From: Fibrobacterales bacterium
GTDB lineage: Bacteria; Fibrobacterota; Fibrobacteria; Fibrobacterales; JAOPTW01
Reading direction: 5' to 3'
NCBI GenBank assembly: GCA_051532055.1
Contig: JAOPTX010000010.1
Coordinates: forward strand, 126,175-167,610
Length of the DNA: 41,436 bases
The translations under genes were made by a program, and so were the position numbers. Position 1 is the stretch's first letter. Every line of letters begins with the position of its first letter. Below are positions 8,187 through 18,240 of the stretch, piece by piece. The notes beneath the pieces were generated by a model that saw only the letters and a list, made by a program, of their open reading frames with translations, was not told the origin of the DNA and searched no databases.

Positions 8187-9734
8187 CTAATTGTCCTCAA
8201 ACTCTTTTTGTAAATGGTGTTTATAAGAATCGGCTCCGAAGCGTATATACTTATCAAAATTTTCTTTAGCATTGTATGGATTGTTATTGTAAAATTTATC
8301 AAAGAGCGCAAGATTTTTATATACAAACGGGTCTTTACTACCTTGATCTTTTGCTTTATTCAGCATCATTTGGGCAATTGGAAGCTCGCCTTCAGCAGCA
8401 TGCAGGAGGGTAAGATAGATGTATGCTGTCGTACGGTTATTGTCGAGTATTATGGCCTTTTGAAAATAATTTTTTGCTTCAGGGTATTTACCATTTTTTG
8501 CAAAGAGTAAGGCAAGTTTCTCGGTTGTTTCTGCACTGTTACTCCGTTCTAGTTGTTTCTGGAGAGAGCGTCTTTTTGACTCGTATTGTTTAAATGGTTC
8601 ACTGGTCCCACGCCTAAAAAATGGGGTGTTGTAGCGTTTCCATACAATGTGCATCAGTTCTTTTTTTATAATATTCACATCAAAATCATTCTGTTTTTGA
8701 GGATTTTTCTGCATGTACTTATAATAGTAGCGCCAGGCGAGGTTTGTGTCATTGAGGTAGAATTGGTTAAGAAAACCAAGATTTTTTAGGGTGTGTATAT
8801 TGTTAGAATCAAGCGCGAGAGCTTCTCTAAAAATGTAGTCAGCTTTTGAAAAATGTTCGGTTTCGATATATAAATTTCCCAGAAGGTTTTTATAAAGAAC
8901 ATTAGTGGGTAGTATGGAATCGGCATTTCTCATATACATTTCAGCATTGTTATAGAGTCCTTTTTGCTGATAAATATAGCCGAGCCATCGGTATATTTCG
9001 GGATTGCTCGGTTCGAGCTTTAGTGCCTTCTTTAAAATTTGGATAGCCTGTGTTGCTTCTGCAATAGGCATTCTGTCTTGCCCTGCTCGTGGTAGATTGC
9101 CATATCCACCTTTCTCTCGAGAGTTTTTATTTCGAATCCCATAGGCACTCCAGTTGGTTGAGTCCATCTGAGCCCGTGCTTTCGACATGAGATTCATCGC
9201 TTCTGCAATGTAGGGTGCCGTATTATAGGGATTGTCTTTTATGCTCTTTCTGAGGAGAGTACTTGCTTCATCAAACTGTTTTGTGCCTATAAGCTGAGTT
9301 CCTTTTTTGGCTGCCTTGTAGCTTTTTTCATCAGCAGAACGTGAGCTGGTATATGCCCAATAAATGGTAGGTACAAGCACTGCTAGACCAATAATGGTCA
9401 AAAAGAAAATGATGGCAAAGGAGATGTGCCACGTTCCTTTCAGTTCCTTCTTTGTGGCACTTATTTTTATCGTTTCAGGTTGAACTACTCCACTCTCTTT
9501 TTTTGTTTTTAGTGGAGGTGTACAAACAACGATCCCTCCCATCTCAGTAAGTTGATTGGTAACTTCTCGAGCTGTATCAGATGAACAATGGGTAAAAAGA
9601 GGATGGGGGAGGTTTTTCACCCAGTCGATGCTTTGATTGGTAGTAGAGCTTTTTAAGGCACTGATGTAAATAATGATTCGCTTTAGATCACTTTCAGGTG
9701 CAATCGAATGTAATACGACTTTATGGGTGATCAT
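8187..9734 (-). CDS. Membrane-anchored tetratricopeptide-repeat protein
   Basis: One hydrophobic segment (ISFAIIFFLTIIGLAVLVPTIYWAY) followed by multiple TPRs (ALKLEPSNPEIYRWLGYIY, ALALDSNN..LKNLG, AKNYFQKAIILD). Confidence 0.8.
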   Translation of the reverse strand: MITHKVVLHSIAPESDLKRIIIYISALKSSTTNQSIDWVKNLPHPLFTHCSSDTAREVTNQLTEMGGIVVCTPPLKTKKESGVVQPETIKISATKKELKGTWHISFAIIFFLTIIGLAVLVPTIYWAYTSSRSADEKSYKAAKKGTQLIGTKQFDEASTLLRKSIKDNPYNTAPYIAEAMNLMSKARAQMDSTNWSAYGIRNKNSREKGGYGNLPRAGQDRMPIAEATQAIQILKKALKLEPSNPEIYRWLGYIYQQKGLYNNAEMYMRNADSILPTNVLYKNLLGNLYIETEHFSKADYIFREALALDSNNIHTLKNLGFLNQFYLNDTNLAWRYYYKYMQKNPQKQNDFDVNIIKKELMHIVWKRYNTPFFRRGTSEPFKQYESKRRSLQKQLERSNSAETTEKLALLFAKNGKYPEAKNYFQKAIILDNNRTTAYIYLTLLHAAEGELPIAQMMLNKAKDQGSKDPFVYKNLALFDKFYNNNPYNAKENFDKYIRFGADSYKHHLQKEFEDN

Positions 9735-9742
9735 AGGCGTCT

Positions 9743-10279
9743 CTAAGGTTGTTGTAGTGGAGGTTCTTCTCCAGGGGTCTCATTCGTAACACCTGCATCA
9801 GCAGGGATGGATTCTGTTTGAGATTCTTTTTCAGTGGGGGTCTGCTCTGGTTCAGGAGCCTTCTCTTTTTCGATAACTTGAGTAATTCCTTTTACTGATT
9901 TCAGGGGTAGGGTTACTGAACCAACTTCGGTCATTCCTTTAACTTTGTGGCCTATATCAATATATAGAGAATGATCGACGATAGTTGAATCGCTGGAGAT
10001 CGCAGGTTTTTTACCTTCCATAAATGTTACTGTTGCTCGATAGAGTACACGGCTATTATGGACGCGTTTATACGTCGCATCGATTTTTAAAGTGAGTATA
10101 TCTTCGAGGGGTATGGTGATTTCACTTTCACCAAGGAGCCCAAAGAGCTCATTGGATTTGCCAATATTGACCTTGTCGAGGGTTATGGTACGGCCACTAA
10201 AGTCTGTTATGGTAAATTGGCTGCTACAAGCCATTAAACACAGTAGTAGGCTTGTACTAACTATCATAAGTATTTTCAT
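9743..10279 (-). CDS. Hypothetical lipoprotein
   Basis: Signal peptide with lipobox LMAC, beta-rich core and acidic Pro-rich tail; 8-bp gap to the TPR gene. Confidence 0.7.
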   Translation of the reverse strand: MKILMIVSTSLLLCLMACSSQFTITDFSGRTITLDKVNIGKSNELFGLLGESEITIPLEDILTLKIDATYKRVHNSRVLYRATVTFMEGKKPAISSDSTIVDHSLYIDIGHKVKGMTEVGSVTLPLKSVKGITQVIEKEKAPEPEQTPTEKESQTESIPADAGVTNETPGEEPPLQQP

Positions 10280-10461
10280 TGTAACTCCACATCTCTCTCA
10301 AAAAAGAGGGTAATATTATTTACTAATTCATCAGTGCGAGATTCAATAAAAAACCACCCTTGGTTGTACATTTTTTGAGCTGCACTATCAATGACCTGAA
10401 CAATAAGGTCAGGATCTCCATCATAGGGAAGAGGGATTATTGTTTCTTTAAATTCCTTCAT
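10276..10461 (-). CDS. Small hypothetical protein (DUF4177-like pattern)
   Basis: 61 aa; its stop overlaps the next ATG (ATGA). The AQKMYNQGWFFI..LFFER pattern resembles small DUF4177-like domains. Confidence 0.6.
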   Translation of the reverse strand: MKEFKETIIPLPYDGDPDLIVQVIDSAAQKMYNQGWFFIESRTDELVNNITLFFERDVELQ

Positions 10462-10721
10462 ATACTGAGTCTCGCTTTAGGGGACCTTTAAAAAATTTAT
10501 TTTCTATTCATAGTATAAGGTATCTAGATGATTCAGTACTATGGAATTCTTTGAGGTGCCATCTATGTAATTTTAAATTTATTCACTCTTAAAGTGTAGA
10601 GATATTGCTGTACGGGTAATGATTTACCTTATAATTACTATTTGCTTTAAATATTACTTGAGTGTCATGCAGGTTTTTTAGTCTGGTTATACTATTCAAT
10701 GGGGGTGTGAGTATTGGGGGG

Positions 10722-10750
10722 TTGCAAAACCACGGCAAAAACGGTAAAAT
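10722..10750 (+). promoter_or_regulatory. Sigma-70-type promoter of argA
   Basis: TTGCAA-N17-TAAAAT, about 40 bp upstream of the argA ATG. Confidence 0.55.
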
Positions 10751-10789
10751 TTAGGTATATTTTGATTAAACCCCATTTATTGAGCAAAA

Positions 10790-12124
10790 ATGTCATCTCT
10801 TGCCGGAAAAACCAGCTTTGAACCCGTGAATGCTATTCGCGAGGTATTCAGTTATATTAAGCGTTTTAAGGATAAAATATTTGTTATTCATATTGATGAC
10901 TGCCTTAGAGAGACATCACTCTTTCCCATACTCATGAAAGATATTGTGGAGCTTCACAATGTTGGAGTTAAAATATTGATCATTCCAGGGACTCGAGAGA
11001 CCATTAATAAACATCTTACCCAATATGGCATACAAACTACAATGTATGATGGAATTCGTATTACAACGGAAGAAGCGTTGCCCATGGTTAAGCTTGCGGC
11101 AATGGAGGTTATTCAGGATATTATTTCTCATCTTGCAGCTAATGGCGGTAAGGGACTGATGGGGAATTGGGTAAAAGCACGTTCAATGGGAGTTGTTGAT
11201 GGTATTGACTATCAATATACTGGTGTTGTTGAAAAGGTTAGTTCAAAAATTATTTTAAATCTCATTGATGATGGGTTTCTTCCTGTACTCTCATCCTTAG
11301 GATGGAATAGTACCGGTGCAAGTTATAATGTAAACTCTAATGTGTTGTTACTTCGTCTTTGTGAAGACCTTGATGTTGCTAAAGTTTTTTATATCTCTGA
11401 TCAAGATGGGATACATGTTGAAGGTTTGAGTATTTCTGATGACGTTGATGTTCGTAAGACAGGGGTTGCTTCAAGTTTGAATTTGGAGCAAGCGAAGCAG
11501 CTTCTCGCTGAAAATAAAGATTCCATACGATTTGGAACTAAAGAGTGTTTGGAGCATGCGGTATCGGTTTGTTATAATGATGTAAAGCGTGTCCATTTTG
11601 TTTCCGGTTTGCGTCAGGGTGCCATTCTTCAAGAGGTATTTTCTAGTTTGGGTGGCGGTACCATGGTATTTAGTAATAAATATTACGCAATTCGAGCCGC
11701 GACAGTTCGTGATGTACCCGACCTTCTGAAGTTGATGGAGTACTATGTACAGAAAGGGTATTTGGTTGAACGGAGCGAAGAGAGTATCGCACTTTCAATA
11801 GATGATTATTATGTCTATGAAGTGGATGGGCGTATTCATGGTTCGGGAGCACTTCATGTTTTAGAAGAGGGTAAGGCTGAGGTTGCTGCAATTGCTGTAG
11901 ATAAAACGTATCGATCCAAAGGGATTGGGCGAGATATGCTCGAATTTATTATCGAGCAATCAGAAAAGAAAGGGATTACTGAACTTTTTATTCTTACAAC
12001 TCAAGCGGCTGACTGGTTCTATGAATTTGGTTTTGAAAACGCTGATGTTGATGCACTCCCTAAAAAGAAGTTTGAAGCATATAATAGAGATCGAAACTCA
12101 AAGGTGCTTCTTAAAAGAGTATAA
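10790..12124 (+). CDS. argA: Amino-acid N-acetyltransferase (N-acetylglutamate synthase; AAK + GNAT domains)
   Basis: YIKRFKDKIFVI, GVVDGIDYQYTG, KRVHFVS...ILQEVFS..GGGTMV, GNAT AEVAAIAV..YRSKGIG, LTTQAADWF and YNRDRNSKV. Confidence 0.92.
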   Translation: MSSLAGKTSFEPVNAIREVFSYIKRFKDKIFVIHIDDCLRETSLFPILMKDIVELHNVGVKILIIPGTRETINKHLTQYGIQTTMYDGIRITTEEALPMVKLAAMEVIQDIISHLAANGGKGLMGNWVKARSMGVVDGIDYQYTGVVEKVSSKIILNLIDDGFLPVLSSLGWNSTGASYNVNSNVLLLRLCEDLDVAKVFYISDQDGIHVEGLSISDDVDVRKTGVASSLNLEQAKQLLAENKDSIRFGTKECLEHAVSVCYNDVKRVHFVSGLRQGAILQEVFSSLGGGTMVFSNKYYAIRAATVRDVPDLLKLMEYYVQKGYLVERSEESIALSIDDYYVYEVDGRIHGSGALHVLEEGKAEVAAIAVDKTYRSKGIGRDMLEFIIEQSEKKGITELFILTTQAADWFYEFGFENADVDALPKKKFEAYNRDRNSKVLLKRV

Positions 12125-12173
12125 TGTAGTGTCACACTGTATTTGACGCCGTGTGATTAAAAGGTATGATTAG

Positions 12174-12725
12174 ATGGATAAAGAAAAAATAAAAGCAGGC
12201 TTTAAAATGATTCTCGAAGGTGTGGGTGAAGATCCAAACCGAGAAGGGTTACTCGATACTCCGCGGAGAGTTGCAGATATGTATGAAGAACTCTTTGCGG
12301 GCCTGCACAAAGACCCGAATGATCTCATGAAGACTTGTTTTGCTGAAGATTTTGATGAGATGATTCTTGTGAAAGATATCGAGTTTCAATCTATGTGTGA
12401 ACACCACTTCCTCCCTTTTAAAGGGGTAGCTCATGTTGCATATATTCCTAAAGACAAAGTGGTAGGGCTCTCTAAAATCGCTCGTGTAGTAGAGCATTTT
12501 GCACGTCAACCACAAATCCAAGAAAGAATGACTCGTGAAATTGCAAACTTCATACAAGAAAAGCTCGATCCACAAGGGGTTGCAGTAGTGTTGGAGAGTG
12601 AGCATATGTGTATGACCATGCGTGGTATTAAGAAGCCGGGTTCTAAAATGCTTACAAGTCAGCTTAAGGGTGTATTCAGAGAGAATCAAGACACACGTGA
12701 AGAGTTTATGTCATTGATAAAATAA
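12174..12725 (+). CDS. folE: GTP cyclohydrolase I
   Basis: [41 protein letters not shown] and HMCMTMRG. Confidence 0.97.
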   Translation: MDKEKIKAGFKMILEGVGEDPNREGLLDTPRRVADMYEELFAGLHKDPNDLMKTCFAEDFDEMILVKDIEFQSMCEHHFLPFKGVAHVAYIPKDKVVGLSKIARVVEHFARQPQIQERMTREIANFIQEKLDPQGVAVVLESEHMCMTMRGIKKPGSKMLTSQLKGVFRENQDTREEFMSLIK

Positions 12726-12747
12726 TCACTATACAGAGGCCTTAAAA

Positions 12748-12782
12748 TAAGAAAAGCCAGCTCAATGAGCTGGCTTTTCTTA
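12748..12782. terminator. Bidirectional terminator between folE and the rubrerythrin-like gene
   Basis: TAAGAAAAGCCAGCTC-AAT-GAGCTGGCTTTTCTTA perfect inverted repeat between convergent genes. Confidence 0.9.
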
Positions 12783-12806
12783 TAACTATAGGATTACTAA
12801 GTGGTC

Positions 12807-13298
12807 TTAGTACTCTTCAAGGTTTGAGAATTCTGCGTCCTCAACCCATTGTTGTGGGCGGGCTACAAATTCTACGATATTTTCAAGAAGGTGTGCGTGT
12901 TTTTTCTCTTCTTCTGCAAGTTGGAGAAAAAGCTCTTTGTATTTTGCATTATCCATTTCAGCAGCTTTCTCTTCATAAAAAGTTGCTGCGCCATCTTCGA
13001 TCTCTGCGGCCTTTTTGTACATATCAACTTGTGCCGAATCGATATTAAAAGCTTTAGCATCGCCACCTTTCATTGACTCAAATACATTTTTAGCTTCAGT
13101 AAGTACCGCAGCATTAGCCATGTCGGCTTCAGGATCTTCCGCTTTCATTTGCTCAAGAGTTTTGTAGTGAACCGCTTCTTCATCTGCAAGCAAAGTAAGG
13201 ATGGTAATGAGGCCTTTATTGGTTGTTTTGCTTGCAAGATCTCTGTAATATGCTTCGCCGTCTTTCTCCATCTTCATAGCGTATTCATAAATATTCAT
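12807..13298 (-). CDS. Rubrerythrin/ferritin-like di-iron protein
   Basis: Two repeats of the helix pair A..ME..G..YY / LA.EE..H (LADEEAVH, LAEEEKKH). No rubredoxin domain. Confidence 0.88.
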   Translation of the reverse strand: MNIYEYAMKMEKDGEAYYRDLASKTTNKGLITILTLLADEEAVHYKTLEQMKAEDPEADMANAAVLTEAKNVFESMKGGDAKAFNIDSAQVDMYKKAAEIEDGAATFYEEKAAEMDNAKYKELFLQLAEEEKKHAHLLENIVEFVARPQQWVEDAEFSNLEEY

Positions 13299-13471
13299 AG
13301 TTCACTCCTTGTAGTGGTTACTCTTTAGGGTACCATTTATCTCATCGTGAAAGGCACCAAATTAGATTCTTCTTGTCAAATAAGTTGTAACAAAATCAAA
13401 CCTGTAAAATTCAGGCCTAGAAATGTAACCGTGTTTGACTTTTTTGATCATTCTCAATATAAAAAAAATGC

Positions 13472-13499
13472 AAAAAAAAAGGTGCACAAAGTGCACCTA
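13472..13499 (-). terminator. Rho-independent terminator after OM protein copy 1
   Basis: Minus strand AGGTGCAC-TTT-GTGCACCT followed by a long T-run. Confidence 0.8.
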
Positions 13500-13527
13500 A
13501 ATTCGATCAAAATCATTGATTCTAAGC

Positions 13528-15531
13528 TTAAAACTTCCAACCTAGGTTAACTGAACCACTATAGATTGGGAAGCCTATATCGAGGTTCGGATAGTGTTGG
13601 TATCCGCCACCACCAGTAAGGATGATGTAAGTACCAATTGGGTTAATCATGAGTTTTGCTTGAAGTTCTGCTTGTGCTTTCCATGTGTCAAATTTGTTTT
13701 CGTAGCCAACAGGGCCATCAATGGCAAAGTCGTATGACGCAGGAACACTGAGTTGAAGGAATACTGGTGAAATAATGGCGCCAGCACTGCCTGGCATTCC
13801 AGGTACAACATCTTCGTCGATAAAGCGCGTGAGCACGTGTGCGAATACTTGAGCATATTTGAGGCTTTCGTCAACATCACCAATAGCCCAAGGTTTTGTA
13901 TAGAAGTATGTTCCTTGGATCTGGAAGTCAAATGGGCCAATTCCTTTGAGGTGTGTTCCAAAATAAATATCAGTATTCTGAATGCGTGCCCGAGCTGAGT
14001 CACGAGAGGCGATGTTTTGTGTCTTTAGTGAATCACTATAATACTTAGCAAGGTCATCATTAGCATCAATTATACTGTCACGAGTATCATCGTCAATTGC
14101 ATCGTCTTCGTCTCTTGGGTCGAAATCTTTAATACTGTCAAGGATATCTTGTTCGATTTTTGCTATTTCTATATCTTGTGCCCACCATTTTTCACTATCA
14201 AACATTACTCCACCATACCAGTGCCAGCCGCGAGTATACATTGCCTTTTTCTGGAATGGAAAACGAATAGGGCGATACAGGGCATAGTCAAATTTTACGC
14301 CAAACATAAATCGGTCACGTTCAAGGGTTGTAGATGGAATTACATCTTGAGCTCCAGTTAATTGAGTATAGCCGGCATCAGTTGCCCATACTTTTCTTAC
14401 AGGATATGTTACATCAGAAATATTCTGATTCATATAGAAAAGGTCAATTATCAATTTGTCAGGCCCAATGAATCGAGACAATTTTATTTTAGTATCAATT
14501 TGATTTGAGTAATCAGATTCCTCAGGGTACCACTCTATAAAGCCTTGGCGAGTTTGTTCTCTTAACGCTACTTCCCAGTACACATCAAACAAAGGGTATA
14601 GATTGAAATTTCTGTGGAGTACCACGCCTTTATCAAGAATGTAAAGTGATGTGAAATCATTCCATCCAATTTGCTGATGTACAGGGTTTTTATTTGCAAA
14701 AAGCATTGAACTAACTATCATACCATCATCAATATTAATTTCCCTCATATAAGCATCAACACTGATGAAAGGATGTCTGAGACGTACTCTGGCAAGTTTG
14801 TTATTGAAATCCGACCCACTATCATGTGTAGCAATTCTTTCTAATTGCGTTTGAGTTAGGTAATTACCTTGATATGGAGCATTTTTTACCCATATCGCTT
14901 CACTTGCACGAGATCGCGCATAATCAGGTTTGTCAAATTCACTCAACCCTTTAGTGTAGCGTTGTGTATAAGTGAAAAATAACTCTGGAAGCATATTGTC
15001 TGATGCATCGAGATGTTTATGTCGTGAAGGCCATGTCCATGGAGTTATAGCAATACCATCTTCCTGGTACATTTTACTGTAGCCGCGTTGTATCCAGCTA
15101 TAAAGGTTCTGGTCAACTTCGTTGAGATTGTCAAGCGATCCACCGTATTTATTCTTGAGTTTTTCAATAGCTCTCAAGTAATGAATTTTACCTTGTTCTC
15201 TTAAAGGGACCATTGAACCACGTACTTGAGTAAGGTAATTTGCATACCAAAGTTCCCAACCGGGTTCTTCAGGGTCCATGGCGATTGCTTTTTCATAATG
15301 ATATTCGGCATCGCTGTGACCAAGCCGCTTTTTTAGTTCAGCAATGACACAGTGCTGTTGACCAATGAGATTTTGTTCGTTGGCTAATTGCATTTCTACA
15401 AATGTTTCAGCGTCAGAAAGGTCAGCTCCAAGAAGCATACCTTCGGCTTCACCATAACATGAAAATGAGTTTGCAAATGGTGTTGTAGCAGAAGCCAGAA
15501 GAAAAGAAAGGGTAAGTAATAATTTTTTCAT
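13528..15531 (-). CDS. Unknown secreted protein, probable outer-membrane TPR + beta-barrel protein (copy 1)
   Basis: Sec signal peptide; TPR-like helix pair (AEYHYEKAIAMDPEEPGWELWYANYL); alternating beta-strand-rich C-terminal two thirds; ends YSGSVNLGWKF (BAM-type terminal Phe). Paralog of 18241..20202. Confidence 0.65.
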   Translation of the reverse strand: MKKLLLTLSFLLASATTPFANSFSCYGEAEGMLLGADLSDAETFVEMQLANEQNLIGQQHCVIAELKKRLGHSDAEYHYEKAIAMDPEEPGWELWYANYLTQVRGSMVPLREQGKIHYLRAIEKLKNKYGGSLDNLNEVDQNLYSWIQRGYSKMYQEDGIAITPWTWPSRHKHLDASDNMLPELFFTYTQRYTKGLSEFDKPDYARSRASEAIWVKNAPYQGNYLTQTQLERIATHDSGSDFNNKLARVRLRHPFISVDAYMREINIDDGMIVSSMLFANKNPVHQQIGWNDFTSLYILDKGVVLHRNFNLYPLFDVYWEVALREQTRQGFIEWYPEESDYSNQIDTKIKLSRFIGPDKLIIDLFYMNQNISDVTYPVRKVWATDAGYTQLTGAQDVIPSTTLERDRFMFGVKFDYALYRPIRFPFQKKAMYTRGWHWYGGVMFDSEKWWAQDIEIAKIEQDILDSIKDFDPRDEDDAIDDDTRDSIIDANDDLAKYYSDSLKTQNIASRDSARARIQNTDIYFGTHLKGIGPFDFQIQGTYFYTKPWAIGDVDESLKYAQVFAHVLTRFIDEDVVPGMPGSAGAIISPVFLQLSVPASYDFAIDGPVGYENKFDTWKAQAELQAKLMINPIGTYIILTGGGGYQHYPNLDIGFPIYSGSVNLGWKF

Positions 15532-15541
15532 AGTTTAGCTC

Positions 15542-16600
15542 CTAATTAGTAGTCCATTGTTTTTGCTCTGAAGCCCATTCAGACTTTGATCGAGTCATTT
15601 GGAAGTCTTCATCAATATCCTCATCTGAGTATAATATTCGGTCTATATAAAAGGATAGTGGATCATCAGCTGGAATGGCGCCTGATGCATTTGTCCACAT
15701 AAATCCCGTTGATACAAGTCTCGGCGAAGATAATGGGTGTGAAAAGAGTGTATCATTCTCAAATGTATCTTGGTTGAGCTCAGTCACATAAATAGTTTCT
15801 GGAAGTGGAAGTTCATAATACTGCCATTCATATGAAAGATCTATTACGTATTCGAGTGATGTTGGATTGAAATCACATGATGTTGTTAAGTTACCGCATA
15901 CTGCCACAGTGAGTTTGTGGTTGTAATCTTCTAATGTAATAGTGGTTGATTCATCTTTTTGGACAAACCAGAGGTCTTTAGGATTATCTTCTGTACGGTT
16001 ATGGAGGTCGGCATCTTTTCTAATTGATTTAGCCCAGAATGATATTTTTTTAGCTCCGGGACCAATTCGAATAAGGTCATCATAGCGGTGTCCCCAGTTT
16101 GTTCCTTGGAGCCAAGCAACGCCACCCCAGTTGTTGAGATCTCTTTCTTTTACATCAACGGTTTCATCATCATCATCATTAAAATTGGGGGCAATAGTAT
16201 ATTGCTTACATAGTGATTCGTCGGGTACATAAAGCTTCCCCTTTTTGACTTTTTCCTCATCTATATAGCCGCCATCTTTGGTCTCATAACTTGGGCATCC
16301 TTTAGATACACCAATATCACCAAATTGACCTGCTCCCATCCAGCCCTCATCAATAAACCAATGATTTAAGTAAAAAGGTACGGGTATATATTCGACTACA
16401 GTATCTTTGATGATCATTAATTCATCAGCAGAGTCCCTTTGGACTCCTCCCTTAGAGGAGCGTATGGCAACATCTGTTTCTATAGTTTCATATGGCAAGT
16501 CTACCTTGATGGTATCCAACTCAAGAGTTCCTGTGCTGGGTTCACTACAAGCTATAAAAGCTGTAGAAACTGCAAATAGCAATAATGCTAGCTTTTTCAT
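15542..16600 (-). CDS. Lipoprotein with CBM-like (galactose-binding-like) domain (copy 1)
   Basis: Likely start ATG 16600 (MKKLALLLFAVSTAFIAC lipobox). Trp-rich motifs FIDEGW, WGGVAW..TNWG, AKKISFWAK, LSYEWQYYEL and FYIDRILY are shared with 20202..21203. Confidence 0.65.
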   Translation of the reverse strand: MKKLALLLFAVSTAFIACSEPSTGTLELDTIKVDLPYETIETDVAIRSSKGGVQRDSADELMIIKDTVVEYIPVPFYLNHWFIDEGWMGAGQFGDIGVSKGCPSYETKDGGYIDEEKVKKGKLYVPDESLCKQYTIAPNFNDDDDETVDVKERDLNNWGGVAWLQGTNWGHRYDDLIRIGPGAKKISFWAKSIRKDADLHNRTEDNPKDLWFVQKDESTTITLEDYNHKLTVAVCGNLTTSCDFNPTSLEYVIDLSYEWQYYELPLPETIYVTELNQDTFENDTLFSHPLSSPRLVSTGFMWTNASGAIPADDPLSFYIDRILYSDEDIDEDFQMTRSKSEWASEQKQWTTN

Positions 16601-16858
16601 AATAGTTCCTTGTACTTCCGTTTGAAATTTGATTCGCATTATAAATAGATAAAAATGAGGTTGAATGCTACTAAAAAATGTCACTATTGAGAAAAGGATT
16701 CTGTTCTAACATGTTATAAATCAATGGCTTAGTTGTGGTTTTGCTGTAGACAATAATTACTATTAGTAAGAAAAAGAGGTTTTCATTATCACATATTTTA
16801 TCTAATTTATACTTAGAAAATATAAGATTGCATTGATGCAAAACAATTGGAGAAAGAG

Positions 16859-18145
16859 ATGAAATTAAATCTAAGTGTATTATTACTTTTATTGCCATTT
16901 GTCATGGTGGGTTGTTTTAGTGGACCAGATGACGACAATACAGCAGATAAAGACTCGAGTTCAGATGTAACAACATCTTCTGAGGCTGAAATGTCTTCTG
17001 ATGCGGACCCTGATGGTTCTTCTGAAGAACCAGTATCTTCAGATGCAGATATCGATGCCTCTTCAGAAGGGAATGATTCATCTCCATCTTCAGATGATGA
17101 TTCGTCAGATGAACCAGAATCATCTGTAGCTGATGTATCATCTTCAGATGAGACATCAAGTGATGCAGGAGATTCAAGTTCTTCAGACCCTGTATCTTCA
17201 TCTACTGGCGGGAATGTCTACAATACTGAGCTTTGTGGAGATAAATGTGAAGATGCCTTTGGTGCGTACCCTGGACATACTCTTTATTTTTATGAGGAAT
17301 TTACACGAGAGATTCCGTTTGCAGACAATATGATGACCAAAGATAAAGAAGGAATGGATTGGATCTGGACATGGGGTGATGGTAACTTCAGTGGTAATTT
17401 AACTCGCTTTGTTAAAGAAAACATCGAAGTCAAGACTGAAGGAGATGGGTCGTTAATTCTTCATCAAAAATGGGAATCTACAGCAGCTAGTATTTCAATT
17501 GCTCAGAATGGTGCTGAAATGCCTGCATTAGATATTACTGGCGGTGAGCTTAGAACACATGTTAATGATTTCTTTTATGGTATTTACGAAGTTAAAGTAC
17601 GGTTGAAAGAGATTCCAGATGAAAAAAATGTGTTTGGCACAATGTTTCTTTACAAAATACCACGTGGTGATGGTTGGAGAGAGATTGATCTTGAAATAGT
17701 TCCTAATAAAGCAGATGGAGGTATCATTACTAATGTTATTAATACTCAAAATATGGATGGTATTAATGATGATGTTGTTGAGTTTGATCCAATGTTTACT
17801 GCAGAAGAGCCTGGTGACTTCTCAAATGTACCAAACTGGGATGCAAACAATGGCGAATGGTATACTTATACAATCGAGTGGAAACCAAATAAAATTGTTT
17901 GGACTTGTAATGGTGAAGTGATTCGTACCTATACAGAAGAAACTGATAATGGTGCTGGACCGGTACAGGTTGCTGAAGAGCCATTAGCATTATTCTTTAA
18001 CTTTTGGACACCTGGTTGGGATGGTTCTGGTGGAGTAGGCGAAGATGAACTACCTGCTTGGATTGAGTTTGATTATGTCAAGTACTATGCTTGGGATGAT
18101 ATGGAAAATTATAGCCCTGAAGTACTTCAGGATATGACTAAGTAA
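16859..18145 (+). CDS. GH16 glycoside hydrolase lipoprotein with Ser/Asp-rich linker
   Basis: Likely start ATG 16859 (GGAG RBS); lipobox MVGC; GGELRT..YGIYEV, catalytic WREIDLE, WYTYTIEWKPNKIVW and FDYVKYY. Confidence 0.9.
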   Translation: MKLNLSVLLLLLPFVMVGCFSGPDDDNTADKDSSSDVTTSSEAEMSSDADPDGSSEEPVSSDADIDASSEGNDSSPSSDDDSSDEPESSVADVSSSDETSSDAGDSSSSDPVSSSTGGNVYNTELCGDKCEDAFGAYPGHTLYFYEEFTREIPFADNMMTKDKEGMDWIWTWGDGNFSGNLTRFVKENIEVKTEGDGSLILHQKWESTAASISIAQNGAEMPALDITGGELRTHVNDFFYGIYEVKVRLKEIPDEKNVFGTMFLYKIPRGDGWREIDLEIVPNKADGGIITNVINTQNMDGINDDVVEFDPMFTAEEPGDFSNVPNWDANNGEWYTYTIEWKPNKIVWTCNGEVIRTYTEETDNGAGPVQVAEEPLALFFNFWTPGWDGSGGVGEDELPAWIEFDYVKYYAWDDMENYSPEVLQDMTK

Positions 18146-18166
18146 TTTTACTTTTGTAAAATATAT

Positions 18167-18197
18167 AAGGGCTCCCTACATAGGGAGCCCTTTTTTT
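18167..18197 (+). terminator. Rho-independent terminator
   Basis: AAGGGCTCCCTA-CA-TAGGGAGCCCTT followed by a T-run, between convergent genes. Confidence 0.88.
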
Positions 18198-18240
18198 GTG
18201 CAGTTATGTGGGTTTAGTTATGTCGTCAAATGTAATAACG

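Noticed and set aside
10462..10789. ArgR box or small RNA upstream of argA
   Set aside because: Only AT-rich half-matches; no full palindrome or stable structure.
12143..12170. TTGACG-N16-TATGAT promoter giving a leaderless folE mRNA
   Set aside because: The -10 box ends only 3 nt before the ATG, too close for a start site; AAGG at 12161 is better read as the RBS.
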